Positions 63,823 to 64,000 of a stretch of 64,000 nucleotides of DNA are shown here, piece after piece. The notes under the pieces were generated by a model, which saw nothing but the letters and a program-made list of their open reading frames with translations, was not told the DNA's origin and did not search any database. Source of the stretch: Basidiobolus meristosporus CBS 931.73 (lineage: Eukaryota > Fungi > Basidiobolomycota); assembly GCA_002104905.1 (NCBI GenBank), contig MCFE01000086.1:114048-178047 (forward strand). Reading direction: 5' to 3'. The position numbers were made by a program, and so were the translations under genes. Numbering within the stretch: the first letter of the stretch is position 1; every line of letters begins with the position of its first letter.

Positions 63823-64000
63823 TTAGGGTTAGGGTTAGGGTTAGGGTTAGGGTTAGGGTTAGGGTTAGGGTTAGGGTTAGGGTTAGGTTAGGGTTAGGGT
63901 TAGGGTTAGGGTTAGGGTTAGGGTTAGGGTTAGGGTTAGGGTTAGGGTTAGGGTTAGGGTTAGGGTTAGGGTTAGGGTTAGGGTTAGGGTTAGGGTTAGG
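63823..64000 (+). repeat. Telomere (TTAGGG)n, about 29 units, with one TTAGG variant at 63883-63887
   Basis: Read directly; the array runs to the end of the window. Confidence 0.99.

Noticed and set aside
63883-63887. TTAGG variant as evidence of an alternative telomerase template
   Set aside because: A single unit in a homopolymer-prone array is most simply a sequencing error or telomerase slippage.

Overview
This 64-kb window is the right-hand end of a fungal chromosome and ends in (TTAGGG)n. Small GT-AG introns and the gene set point to an early-diverging fungus (inference). Positions 1-57.7 kb hold ordinary genes: Pho85-type cyclin, PPM1, DUG3, SSK2 MAPKKK, a membrane-tethered ATF6-like bZIP, ankyrin-DIL protein, glyoxylate reductase, velvet, C2H2 TF, two tandem DPP5, cupredoxin-like protein, IML1/DEPDC5, histone H3, C2 protein, 7TM receptor and GAL1. 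The last 6.2 kb is a CpG-depleted, layered subtelomere. About 125 bp after the GAL1 stop is a telomere stub (TAGGGTTAGGG+G6) fused to a decayed coding element (A). A is interrupted by a solo LTR (5-bp TSD CAATT) and by three nested LTRs of one Ty1/copia family. The youngest copia is broken inside gag, and a second, diverged copy of the same unknown element (B) is joined at the break through another G-rich telomere-like seed. B is 5'-truncated in an open frame and capped by telomeric repeats. A and B share the protein C-terminus, stop position, a 3' hairpin and a C-rich tail. The best candidate novel system is this unidentified element family that appears to attach to and heal chromosome ends. 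All homology calls come from motif recognition and manual alignment; no database searches were run.
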